A stretch of 63,072 bases of DNA, the filler included, from Reclinomonas americana ATCC 50394 (Eukaryota): assembly GCA_048213135.1 (NCBI GenBank). It is 3 parts of 2 records of this genome, joined end to end, with 100 filler letters (N's around TTAATTAATTAA, not from the genome) between each part and the next. Parts side by side here need not be neighbours in the genome. Positions count along the whole stretch, not along the records: positions 21,170 to 52,560 come from PS015107.1; 2 more parts are not named here. The stretch is one strand, 5' to 3'. How positions within the stretch are numbered: position 1 is the stretch's first letter; each line of letters opens with the position of its first letter. The notes below the pieces were generated by a model. That model ran no database searches, was not told the origin of the DNA, and saw only the letters and a program-made list of their open reading frames with translations. Below, piece after piece: positions 24,890 to 36,210 of this stretch. The position numbers and the translations under genes are program-made.

Positions 24890-25319
24890 ATGTCGCGACG
24901 AGAGGTCGACCGCACGTTCTCACAGGTGCGTCACGCATATAGCAAAGACTACGCTGCTGCATGCGCTTGTTTTGTGCGTGTTTTGGGGCGCTGATGTCTG
25001 GCGACATGGCGCGCACTAACAGGTTGAAGAGTGCCGCCGTGGTGAGTGCACGGATGCGGCGAAGCGACTGGAGTGGAGAGAGGCACAGACGCGCGAGAAG
25101 TTCGTTGTCGTGGAGCAGACCAAGATTGCGCGTGAGAGACTGGTCGAGTGTTACAAGAAGGAAGGCACGTCTTTTTTTTGCAAGTCGCTCTTCTTATGCT
25201 TGCTGCTCATCACTGAGTGCGCGTGCGTGTGTGTAGGCGTGAACCACAACCAAAAGTGCCGCTCATTGGCGCTGGCATACAAGGAGTTGCTCGGCAAGTT
25301 CCCTCTCTTCCAGGGATAA
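24890..25319 (+). CDS. NDUFB10: Complex I accessory subunit NDUFB10 (PDSW)
   Basis: Spliced MSRREVDRTFSQ|VEEC...REKFVVVEQTKIARERLVECYKKEG|VNHNQKCRSLALAY contains the C-Y-x2-EGVNH-x-QKCR signature. Confidence 0.85.
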
Positions 25320-25379
25320 ACTCACCAACAGCGACAGCGAGCGAAAGACACGCGCATGCAGCAGCGTTGTTGCAAGTCA

Positions 25380-26640
25380 GTGAAACGCGTTGTTTCACTG
25401 CTGCGCATAACACGTGCAGGGTTCGAGGGAGAAGCTCTTGTTGCAGAATGATGGATTGCAGCTGCCTGTCATTTGCTCTTCGGAGTCTTGCCTCCTTGCG
25501 CGCACAACACATGCAGGATCGCGGCAGAGTGTCGTGTTGATCACCTCCTGCGTAATGATTTACGAGCTGGGGAACTTGGACCACTGAGGCACCCAGCCAA
25601 TCACCAGCAGCATCTCGGCTTGTGGATTGCAGCTCGACACGATCCGCAGCATGCAGTGTCGACCGGGTCGAGGCAGAGGCTCTTGCCTGTCACCTCTTGC
25701 GCAGTCATGGACTTGCCCTGCAGGTGATGTGCTCTGCCACCTGCAGCATCTCGGCGTTTGGATTGCAGCTTCCAGTCTCGACACGATTCACAGCATGCAG
25801 TGTTGGATCGAGGCAGAGGCTCTTGCCTGTCACAATCATGGGCTGCAGTTGTGCATTCAGTGCTCCGCTATCAGCACCGCCTCGATATGTGGAGCAGCTG
25901 CCAGTTTCTCAACACACCAACCTCGCGTTTCCTTGTACGCCCGTAACAAATGCAGGACTGGGCAGAGATCGAGCCTGTCGCAACTTGCGGCAAGCAATGA
26001 TCGGTGAGGAGGTCCGCCACCAGCAGCATCTCGGCTTGTGGATCGCACCTGCCTTAGCACGATGCAAATGCCGTGAGGTAGAAGGTTATGCACGATGGTT
26101 CTCATGCTGTTTGGGCGAAACACTTCTGCACCCTGCCGGCCACCAGCAGCTGCGCCTCAGGCGTATGGATCGCAGTTGCCTCTGCACGATCCATTTGCCC
26201 TTTGGAGTCTCGGCTTCTTTCGTCCGAAGCCCATGCAGTATCGAAGCAGAGGTTCATGTCTGGCACCTCTTTCGGCAAGCAGTGATCGGTGAGGTGCTCT
26301 CAGCTGCGCCTGGTTGCAAATGCCTCTGCACGATCCCTTCGCTCATCGGAGTCTTTGCTTCTTGCGCCCATGACACCTGCAGAATCGAGGCATCATGCAC
26401 GATGGTTCACAAGTTCTTTGGGCGAAACACTTCTGCGTGCAGCACTTCAGGCGTATGGATTGCAGCTGTCAAGTCTCTCATCACGATCCCTCTGCTCTTC
26501 GGAGTCTTTGCTCCCTGCGCAGACACATGCAGGACGGGCAGAAGGTCGTGCACGATGGTTCAAAATTCTTTGGGCGAAACACTTCTGCACCCAACCAGTC
26601 ACCTGCAACACCTCAGGCGCAAGAATGCTGCTGCCAGTCT
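25380..26640. repeat. Degenerate scrambled repeats derived from the COQ3 3' coding region
   Basis: Recurrent CACCAGCAGCATCTCGGC.TGTGGATTGCAGCT and GGATCGAGGCAGAGGCTCTTGC blocks resemble 26785-27020. One minus-strand frame reads AEMLLVIGWVPQWSKF versus COQ3 EALLVAEHITGWVPPGTHQWTKF. Confidence 0.7.
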
Positions 26641-26767
26641 CAATCAAGATCAAGGCGGAAGCTGCGTCGGTCACGCCATGCAGAATCATCGAGTCAGCTC
26701 CCAGTTTCTCAACAGCAGTCGATCCTTTTCCTTTTGCCTCCCATCATTCACCCTCTACGACCACGCT

Positions 26768-27670
26768 CTATATTGCGTTCACAGGCTCCTTGTACGCCCA
26801 CAACATGTAGTTGACGGCGGTGTCTGTCGGATCAAGCCAGAAGCTCATGCGCAGCGGATTGACGCCGACACCGGTCACGTCCTGCACAATGAGCCCGCTG
26901 CGACTGCAATGATGCGCCAGCTCGCCCGGCGTGAGGAACTTGGTCCACTGATGCGTGCCCGGCGGCACCCAGCCCGTGATGTGCTCCGCCACCAGCAGCG
27001 CCTCGACATACGATCGCGCCGTGCGATTGATCGTCGACAGAAACACGGACGCGCCGGGCTTGGCCAGCTGCGCAAGCGAGGCCACAAGCTGCGGCACATT
27101 GGCCACATGCTCAATGACCTCCATCGCACACACAACATCAAACTGCCGCCCACTGGCCACCAGCTCCTCCGCCGTCGTGCACACATAATCGACTCGCGGC
27201 TTCTGTCTCGAGTTGAATCGCGCCACCTGCACGCTCTCCTCGACCATGTCGACGCCAGTGACCGAGTCGGCGCCCAAACGCGCGAGTGACTCGCTGAGAA
27301 TGCCTCCACCGCACCCAATGTCGACAAAGGAGAGGCCGCGGAAGGGCAGCGGCCCGGCACATTGCTCGTCGGAGAGGCGATCGGCGTAGACTTGACTGAC
27401 CACGCGACGAATGTAGTCCATGCGAATGGGGTTCATCTGCGAGAGAGGCAAAGTGAGTGGGCGAGTGAGGGAAAGAGGGAGAGTGAGAGACGTAACGCGA
27501 TGGAGTGCGCGGAAAGCTCCATCCGGTCGCCACCACTCATTGGCCAGCTTGCGGAATCTGCACGCACGCATGAGTGGAGAGAACATACAGGCAGAGGCTT
27601 GTCACTCTCACCGTGCAGCCTCTGCGCTGTCCACTGTGCTGACACATCGCCTGCTCAGTCGCCACAACAT
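26768..27670 (-). CDS. COQ3: Ubiquinone biosynthesis O-methyltransferase (UbiG/COQ3)
   Basis: MLWRLSRRCVSTVDSAEAA|RFRKLANEWWRPDGAFRALH, MNPIR, VDIGCGGGILSESLARLGA, FDVVCAMEVIEHV, STINRT, PPGTHQWTKF. Confidence 0.95.
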
Positions 27671-27708
27671 GACTTCTGTTGTCCTGCCACTCTCCCTTCG
27701 CCAACGAA

Positions 27709-30387
27709 ATGCTGCGCGCTTGTCGACGTCTGCTCAGCAGCAGCAGCAGCAGCGTCACGCACATCGACCGCTTCAAGCTGCCGCCCGCCTCTCCGGGACA
27801 ACGTCGCCCACTGACACAAAAGAACGAACTGACGCGCGAGCTGCAGACGCGCATTCGCACGCGCGGCCCTCTGTCCATTGCCGAGTTCATGTCCGAGTGC
27901 CTGACGAATCCGCGGCACGGGTACTACATGCGCCGCGATGTATTTGGCACCGGCGGCGATTTCATTACGGCGCCGGAGATCAGTCAGGTGTTTGGCGAGT
28001 GCGTCGGCGTGTGGTGCGCACTGGTCGCCGAGCAGCTGCAGGACGCGCCGCGAGTGCATCTGGTGGAGATTGGTCCGGGCCGGGGAACGCTCATGAGCGA
28101 TGTTATGAAGACGTTGGCGCAGGTGGTGTCTCGCGATCGCCAGCAGCAGGTGGAGGTGCACTTGGTGGAGGCCAGTCCGGTGCTGCGTCGCGTGCAGTAT
28201 GAGAAGCTTTGTGGCGGTTTGGGAGGCAAGGTGGAGGAGGTGGAGTTTAACCGGGCGTATCCGTCGCGGTTTCGTGGTGGCGAGTGGAGTGTGTCGTGGC
28301 TGCGGGCGTTGTCGGAGCTGCCGGCGGGGGAGGAGCCGGTGATTGTGCTGGCGCAGGAGTTGTTTGATGCGTTGCCGGTGTATCAGTTTGAGTATCGTGA
28401 GGGGCGCGGGTGGTGCGAGTTGTTGGTGGATGTCGATGAGTCGGCGGAGGGGTGAGCGACCTTGCTTTTCTCTTTGCTGGTGGGTGATGGCTCACTTTGC
28501 CGGTGTGGGGCAGTGCGCATGACTTTCGATTGGTGTTGAGTAAGCGGCCGACGTTGGCGTCGATGGCGTTTGCGGGGAGGTGGGGGGAGGGGGAGGGGGA
28601 GGGGGAGGAGAAGGCGGAGGGGGGAAGGAGGAGGAGGCCGGTGGAGGGGGAGAGGATGGAGGTGCGTGAAGGGAGAAGGGGAGGAAAAAGGGAAGGGAAG
28701 GGAGAGGAGGGGGAAGGGAGGGGAAGGGGAAGAGAGAGAAAGGAGGAGAAGGTGGTGGAAGAGGAGAATATGGAGAGGGTGGAGGAGGATGTGAGACTGC
28801 AGGGGAAAGAGTGCCAGTGTTGGTGTGTTGAACGAGAGAGTGAGTGAGGAAATGGTGGGTTGAGCAGAAGAAGTAGAAAACGGGAAGGAGAAGAAGAACA
28901 AGAACAAGAAGCAGAAGCAGGAGGAGGAGGAGGTCGAGGAAGAGGAAAAGGTGGTGAGCGGATGAGAACAATGTGCTGCAGTTGAAGGAAAGCAAGAGGG
29001 CATGTCTCTGTGCGAGAATGCAGAGAAAAGGGAGTGTGTGTGAGAGAGAGAGAGAGGAGGGAGGGAGAGGAGAGGAGTAACAAGTAGAGCAGATGTTGGA
29101 GGAAGAACCCAAGAACAAGAAGCAGGGGAAGGAGGAGAATTAGAAAATCTGGCAGGGAGGATAGGATAGTGTGCTGCAGTTGTGGTGCCAGTGTTGGAGT
29201 GAAGGACGAGAGAGTGAGAGATGAAATGGTGGGTTGAGCAGAAGAAGTAAAAACCGGAAAGAAGAAGAAGACCAGGAACAAGAAGCCGGAGGAGGAGGAA
29301 GAAAAGTAGGCGGCGGAGAGGGTTAGAATAATGTGCTGCAGTTGAACGAAAGCAAGAGGGTGTCAGTGTCACTGCGAGAGAAAAGCGGAGAAAATGGTGA
29401 GGGCGAGGAGAGGAGCAAGGGGTAGAACAGAGGCGGGAAGAGGAAACATGCTCAAAGATAGGAGAAGGATGAAATCTGTCAGTGGGAGGATGGGATAGTG
29501 TGCGGCAGTTGAGGCACCAGTTTCGGAGTGCAAAGAATGAGAGAGTGAGTGAGGAAATGGTGGGTCGAGCAGGAGAAGAAGGAGGTGGGGAGAAGAAGAA
29601 GACGAAGAAGAACTAGACCAAGGACAAGAACAAGAGGGAAGAGGAGGAGGAGGATGAGGAAGGGGAAAAGAAGGTGGAGGGAGGATGAGGATGATGTACG
29701 GCAGTTGAGGTACCAATGCCGCAGTGTATGAAACGAGAGTGAGTGCGGGAGAAGAATTATGCAACAGAGAGTTCGAAGACGACGAGAAAGTCGGGAGAGA
29801 GCGTGAGGAAGCGAGGTTGGGAAACGAGAGGCCAAAACCTTCTTCCCTGTCTCTTCTCCACTCGCTTACGTTTATCGTGCCCTCAGGTATCCCCCGCTAG
29901 CACACTACTGGCGCAGAGCATCGCCCAGCACCTGCGGAAACGACGCGGCGCCTGCCTGATTGTCGACTATGGCGAAGACAAGGCGATGCCGTGGACGCTG
30001 CAGGCGATTCGGCAGCACCAGTTTGTGGAGTTGTTGGAGTCGCCGGGCGAGTGCGATCTGAGCGTGTACGTCGACTTTGCGGCGTTGCGGAGCGCCGTGC
30101 AGAGCATGCCGGCGATCGCGACGCCGAATGCAGACGGTGCGCACGCGGTTACGGTGCACGGACTGCTCACACAGCAGGCGTTTTTGTGCGGTTGTGGGCT
30201 GGAGCCGCGACTGGAGGCACTGGTCGAGTCGGTGGTGGGTGCCGGAGAAGGGGAGGCTAAGGCGGAGGAGCTGGTGGATGCTTGTGTGCGGCTGATTGAT
30301 CCGGAGCAGATGGGTGTGAGGTACAAGGCGATGGCGTTGACGGCGGGGATTGCTAGTTGTCCTGTGTTTGGGGTGAGGGGGGAGTAA
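27709..30387 (+). CDS. NDUFAF7: Mitochondrial protein arginine methyltransferase NDUFAF7/MidA
   Basis: GPLSIAEFMSECLTNPRHGYY, FGTGGDFITAPEISQVFGE, LVEIGPGRGTLMSD, AQELFDALPV, LIVDYG, PGECDLSVYVDF, RLIDPEQMGVRYK. Confidence 0.95.
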
Positions 30388-30720
30388 AGGGACAGGGAAG
30401 GCGCAGGAGGTCAGAGATGTAGGGGTCATTCGAAGTCACGTCGGAGCAAATGTCGGAAAATGCATGGTGTGTTGGTCTGTGGCGATTAGGAGCGGGAGGT
30501 GTGAGATGGAAAGCGAGGCTGGAGAGCGTGCAATCGATGACGGTGAAGGCGATCGTGAAGTCGGAAGGTTCGAAATAAAGTCCTGTATGATAAGCACGCG
30601 AGGGCCCACGAGCTCGTACTGCAGAGACCTCCTCGAGAACAGCACGCGATCAAGTCGACTGACTGTGAGACGAGAGCAAGAAACACACTTCAACACGATC
30701 AAAGACCAACAACAAGGAGA

Positions 30721-33700
30721 ATGTCTGTGAGTTTGATTGTGTGGGGGACGCTTGTTGTTCGCACGCTTCTCTCTGTCTCTCATTCATCGCTTGTCGCTCG
30801 CTGTCCTTGTTTGTGCACAGTTTTCCGTGCATGTTAGTGCAGCGCATGATTCATCGCTGTCGGTGGTGGTGGAAGGAATGACGGGCACGACGACTCTCGC
30901 AGAGTTGCTTCGCGAGGCCACTCGCTTGCTGCGTGTAAAGAGTGGAGATGTGGAGTTGGATATTGTGGGGGTGGAGAAGCCAGTGGAGTACGACTTGGAG
31001 GATGCGAGTGTGCTGAAGCTGAAATCTCTGAGAATCAAACCGAACACGGATGTTGTTGTCAGCATGATGACAAGCGCAGCTCCGCTGGAAGGGAGGTGCA
31101 TGTGTGTGCGTGCGCGTGTGTGTGTGAGAGAGAGAGAGCTTATGTACGTGCTTGTCGCAATTGATTGACTGTTGTGCATGCACGTAGGAAGCGCCCCGCA
31201 GAGGGTTCTGCGCGTGACGCGCCACCTCTCAAGCGACAAAATACACTTGCACATGTGAGTTGCGCCAGTGACGAGCCGGCGTCGGCAACACCAATGGAAG
31301 AGGATGGCGACACCCCAGCGTCGACCACTGGCAGTGCAGCCGCACCGAGCGAGGATTCTTCGTCGTCAGAGGTGGTTCGTGGCGCAGTAGTCATTGATTT
31401 CTGTTCTCATTCTAGTGCGTGCTTCATGTCTTGTTGCACGCGTCCACTGCGCTCGTACGTCGTGTGAGTGTCTTTGTCACGCCTTCTTGATCGTCTGATT
31501 GAGAAAGCGCCTCTTTCTTTGTGTGGCATTTCCGCCAAGGTTGCCTACCATGCTGCAGTGTTGTTGCTCACTCGTGTACTCTCGCACACATAGTTTGCTG
31601 TGGAGGTCAGCGCTGGCGTTTCAACCGTGGGTCATTCCGTATCCGTGCTCGTAAGCGAACTTCGCTCGACCAGCACCGTCGGCACCTTGCTCGACCGTGC
31701 CCTTGTGGCTTTGCGGAGCCTGACGCACTGTGACAAACTGAAGATTATCGAGGTATTGCCACCGCTGAAGCTCCCGCTTGGAAAAAAGAAGAAAGCATCC
31801 ACTCGCCGAACGCAACTCGCTGCCGCGGGGATTATTGCAAACACGATAGTGATGGTGGTGGTCAAAGGGTTCGTACGCACGTGCATAAGCCATTGTGCTT
31901 CCTGTGATTTTACCTCTCTGACGCCGCGAGTAGGGTCACTGCAGAATCGCTGTCTCCGCCGCCTTCGGAGCCGATGCCAACAGAACCAGAGGGAGAGGCA
32001 TCCGGATCTGGACTGTCTGCGGAGCGGCGGTCAGTTTTCTATCTTCCCCTGCCAGCGTGTCACCGCACTGACACCCGACTGCAGGGTTATCAATTTCAAC
32101 CGCATGTACGCAGCCTGTGAGGTGGTGGAGGAGGCCGTGCGTCTTCGCTGTCAACGCGCTCTGGCGCAGTTCAGTCGCGATCATCCAGCCTTTGATGTGC
32201 GGGCGTGGGTACCGAGTTTCAAGCCCGTTGGCATGGATGCGGCAGCTGTAGAGGAGTGGCGTGCACGGCATGCTCCACTCCACCCTTCTCGAGTCAAGAT
32301 ATTCGAGGAAAAACGCCGGGCGATGTTGAAATGGCGGCGCGCTTTCGACGCGGACCCCTCATCTGACCCTTCTTGTGACGGATTCGACACAACGGCACTC
32401 CATTCAATAATGATGTATGGTGGCTTTGTCGAAGATGACGGTCGCAAGCTGCTGCTGATTGACAATGCTGACGAGCGGAAGGCCGTGGAGGAGCTGCGTG
32501 ACGTAAGAAATGAGATGGCGCACAAGGACTTCGCGTTGACCGACATCATTGTACAACGATACCTTGCTATAGACGGTGTCTTACTCGCCACTCTCTCTCG
32601 ATTGCAGTTGACGGCTGACGAGCGTGCTCGATTCTCCGCTCGTGTTTGCGATGCTAGTCTTGTAGACGTTTATATCAGTACATATTCAGTGCGACTTCAG
32701 CGACTGGCTGTGCGCGAGCTCTCATTCTACCAGCACGAAGAGAGTGTGCGCAAGGACTTGCAGATGTATGTGCCACTGCTGTGCTCTCGTGAGCGTGACG
32801 TCTCGTCGAGAGACAAGATGACGGATCTACTGACGGAGGTGGATGTTTTCCTCGCCGACACCAACACCGCCGATCGTGTGTTGGTGCTCTTTGGTAACAG
32901 TGGAGCAGGCAAGACCACCACCATGTCGGTGCTGGCCGAGAGAGCATGGCGGCAGTGGCAGACGAGAGAGAACAGACGAGTGCCTGTGCGTGTGCCTCTT
33001 GGTGCACTGCGCAATGCCGATGGGCGCCTGTTGGAGGAGGCATTGGAGCGACTGTCCCCCGAGTTGGGACTGGAGTCGGATGTGCGACGGCTGAAAGAAG
33101 AGCCACTGCTTTTGTTACTTGACGGGTATGACGAGTTGTACCGAGGTGTGAATCTGTTTGTCAAGAATCAGCTGGATGTGTGTCGCGATGTTAAGGTGAT
33201 TATCACCTGTCGTGGCGATTATGCACTCACGGCATTGGGTGGCGTGACGCAGTATCGACGGTATTTTGCACCGGTGGATGCGCGGGGACAGCTGTGCATG
33301 CAGTGGTTGACGGAGCGACACCTAGCACCATTCAACAGGGAGCAGATTGAGGAGTACATTGAGCGACTGGTACAAGTGGGTGGTAATGTCGATGGCGGTG
33401 AGGTGCGATGGTCGACTGCCGAGGAGTACATTCGTGCATTGAAGAGTGTACACGGACTGGACGCACTGGTGTCGAATCCGTTCCTGCTGACAGTGGTGGC
33501 TCGTGTGTTGCCACAGTTGGTGGCGAGTGGTGTGCAGCGGCCGACTCGGTGCGATGTGTTTGACCGATTCACTCGACAGTGGATTGTGAGAGAGCAGGAG
33601 AGACAAGCGAAACTCGGTGCGGAGCGTGTACCGGGTGAGGAGACATGTCTCTCATTCTGTGAGGGACTGGCACGGTTGATGCATGAGAAGAATGTGGTGC

Positions 33701-36210
33701 GTGCGTCTGTGACGGAGAGTCTGTCAGGTGGTGTAGAGGAGGATGACTTTGGTGGTGCGCCAATCGCCTTGCGACGAGTGGAGAAGGGACCGTTTGACAA
33801 GCTCCTCGGCCACAAGAACCAGCATGTGCGAGTGTGCTGTCCGATTGTGCGACGGTATGGGACGACGCAGTGGGGATTCGTGCATCTGTCGTTACTGGAG
33901 CACTGTGTGGCACGACATGTATTTGCATGGGAGACGTGGGACGAGGAGAGGAAATTGACGATGCAAGACGTGCAAAAGCATGTGCTGGGAGTGCGATTGT
34001 TGAACGACAGACCATCGTTGGTGGAACAGATGGCCGAGGTGGTGCGACGGTCTCCCAAGTTGCAAGCGAGACTCTGGGAGGTGATTTATTTGTCACGGGA
34101 GGTGGATGAGGAGCGATTGGTGACGGCCGCCGCGAATGCAGCGACAGTGTTGTGTGTGGCACAAGTGTCGTTCAGTGGGCGAGATCTGTCGGGAGTGCGA
34201 GTGAGGGGTGCGGATTTAAGGGATGCGGTGATGCACAGGACGGTGTGGAGGGGAGCGGATTTGCGAGGGGTGAATGTGTGCATGGCGTATGCGAGGGAGG
34301 CGGATTTCAGAGGGGCGAATATCACTGGTGTTGTGTGGCCGAGAACGCCAATGAAAGGGCATACAGGCACTGTTCGATGTGTTGCAGTTTCATCTTGTGG
34401 ACAACAAATTGCCGGTGGTTCCACAAACGGAGTGTTGGAGATGTGGCCGATAGCTGGCGAAGGAGGTTTTCGCATCACTGCGTTTTCGTCTGCCGTCGAG
34501 TCCGTTGCAATTTCTCCTGACAGCAAATATGTCGTTGGAGGGGCCGCGGATGGTTCTGTTTGTATCTGGTCAGTGGCCTCGAATCTTGAAACATGTGTGC
34601 AGCAATCGGTTGATTCAAATGCACCCGTAATGTCGATTGCAGTAACTCGTGACGGTTTGTTCGTCGTGTGTGGCATCGACGACAGTACTGTGCGCGTGTT
34701 TACGCTTATGGATGGCACCGAGCAGTGGTGTTTTTGTGACCATCTCAGTGGTGTGCTGGCTGTGACATCCACTTACGACAGCACATTGGCGGTAAGTGGC
34801 AGTCGTGACAAGACAGTTCGAGTGTGGTCGCTGATTACTGGAGCAAGAATGCGGTGTGTTTCTGGTCATGAGGGCCCGATTCGATCTGTTGCAACAGCCG
34901 CCGATGATCGTTGGATTGTCAGCAGCAGTGATGACGGCACGGTACGCACGTGGTCTCTCACTAGTGGAGAGCAGTTGCGACTCTTCAAGTTTGACACGAA
35001 GCAAAATGTGAGGTCCACCGTCGCCGTGTTGTCTGACGGCAACCACATTGCATGTGGGTGGTTTGATCACTCTGTGCGAGTGTTTTCTCTCATTTCGAGT
35101 TGTGAGGTCTTCCGATTTGACGGACACCTGGATGAAGTGTGTGCTGTATCAGCTGCGCCTAACGGACTGATTGCCAGCTGCAGTCATGACCAGACAATTC
35201 GTCTTTGGTCTATTAACGACCATGAACATGCGCGACGACTCGGTGGACATGGGACTGGAGTTCGATGCGTTGCATGCGGAATGACCCCTTTCGGGGCGCT
35301 TGCTGTCACCGGTGGCAACAATTCATATCTCCGGGTTTGGCTGATTGACACTGGCGAGGAACTGAATGCTTATCATGGGCACTCGGATTCCGTAAATGCT
35401 GTGGCATTCGTTGTTGTGAACGACGAGGTTCGATGTGTGAGCTGTGGAGATGATTGGACACTGTGGTCTCCAACTGATGCCTCGATATTATGGAAAAACT
35501 ATAGTCATCACGGCGAGGTGACAGCGCTGGCGGTTACCCCAGGTGGTTGTCATGTTTACAGCAGTTGTCGGGACGGACTTGTGCGTTTGCTGTCGCTGGA
35601 GAACGGCGATGTTGTTAGCAAGCTGGAAGGGCATTGCGGAGCCGTTGACGTGGTGGCAGTGAGCGCTGACGGGCAATTTGTAGTTTCCGGCGGCGTGGAT
35701 CGGGCGGTGCGTGTGTGGCGATGTGACTCTGGGGATGAGGTGCATCAACTTGTTGGCCACACTGCAAGAGTCACATGTGTGACGATTTCGAGTGATTGCC
35801 AGCATGTGGTCAGTGGCGCACGAGACAATACTGTGCGTGTGTGGTCTGTAACGAGTGGCAAACAAATTCGTCTGTTCAATGGGCACACAGCCACAGTTAT
35901 AGCTTTGTCGATATCCACAGATGACCTTCATGTTGTTAGTCGCGATACTACCGGTGTGGTGAATCGGTGGGGACTGCATAAGGGAAAGAAAGCTGCGGGC
36001 CACCCCGGTGATGAGATTTTTGCAAATTGTATCTGTGCTCTCGAGGCATCAGATCTTGTCCTTGGCATTACTTTCAGCAGGCAGGTCGTGGTTGTGAAAT
36101 CAACAACCGGATTCGTTGATCGAGTGCTGGGGTCTGTGTTTCCAGATATTATGAAGACCCAAATGTCCAATCTTGCATGGCCACGAGCACACATCATGGC
36201 CACAGACTGA
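30721..36210 (+). CDS. NLR-like STAND protein, copy 1: two ubiquitin-like domains, HEPN-like, NACHT, pentapeptide, about 13 WD40
   Basis: Start ATGTCT|gtgagt. FDTTAL...VEELRDVRNEMAH; Walker A GNSGAGKTT; Walker B LLLLDGYDE; VIITCR; NPFLL; FVHLSLLEH; GADLRDAVM...GADLRG; GH...W repeats. Confidence 0.88.

Noticed and set aside
25622-27289. 555-aa plus-strand ORF
   Set aside because: It is antisense to COQ3 plus the degenerate repeat region and has no protein-like features.
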